A program made the position numbers and the translations under genes. Under the pieces are notes generated by a model that saw only the letters and a list, made by a program, of their open reading frames with translations, had not been told where the DNA came from and did no database searches. Below, in pieces: positions 63,731 to 64,000 of a stretch of DNA of 64,000 bases. Source of the stretch: Callorhinchus milii (taxonomy: Eukaryota); the NCBI RefSeq assembly GCF_018977255.1, contig NW_024704743.1, forward strand, positions 37,016,001-37,080,000, read 5' to 3'. The number at the start of each line of letters is the position of its first letter. Position 1 is the stretch's first letter.

Positions 63731-64000
63731 CAAACTGGGGAACCATCAGCGCCAAGGGTGCCTCCACAGGTGCTGCCACTCAGAATGGAAGTGGCAGAGT
63801 TGAGGAAGAGAAGACTAAGGGTTGTGGGCACGGACCCAGATACCCTTCGATGCTCCATCATTGGCTTCACGATGTGCCTGTCAAGCATAGTATATGTAAC
63901 CTATCACCCAATAACTTATCACCAGTGACTCCCACTGCCATTCAGATGAAAGCAACTCTGAGGGGACAATTTACCCAATTGTCCCTCCCTCCCCATGGGT

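Overview
Eukaryotic (vertebrate) genomic DNA. The repeat families suggest a cartilaginous fish, possibly a holocephalan (inference only). Three intron-containing genes lie in the same order as human 3p21.31. ZDHHC3 is on the minus strand: 6 coding exons give 299 aa, plus a second ZDHHC7-like alternative last exon 7 kb downstream giving a 307-aa isoform. EXOSC7/RRP42 is on the plus strand (8 exons, 291 aa), head-to-head with ZDHHC3 across a CpG-island promoter. CLEC3B/tetranectin is on the plus strand (3 exons, 201 aa). All exons were assembled by hand with GT-AG boundaries and a consistent frame. Introns are rich in tRNA-derived SINEs, Deu-domain SINEs, L2, CR1, Penelope-like and probable Vingi/Ingi-like relics. 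Best leads: the duplicated alternative terminal exon of ZDHHC3, a twice-present 67-nt exon-like cassette in ZDHHC3 intron 6, and minimal hammerhead-ribozyme motifs in Penelope-derived repeats lying sense in introns of both divergent genes. Comparisons with human proteins are from memory, not database searches. Repeat boundaries are approximate.
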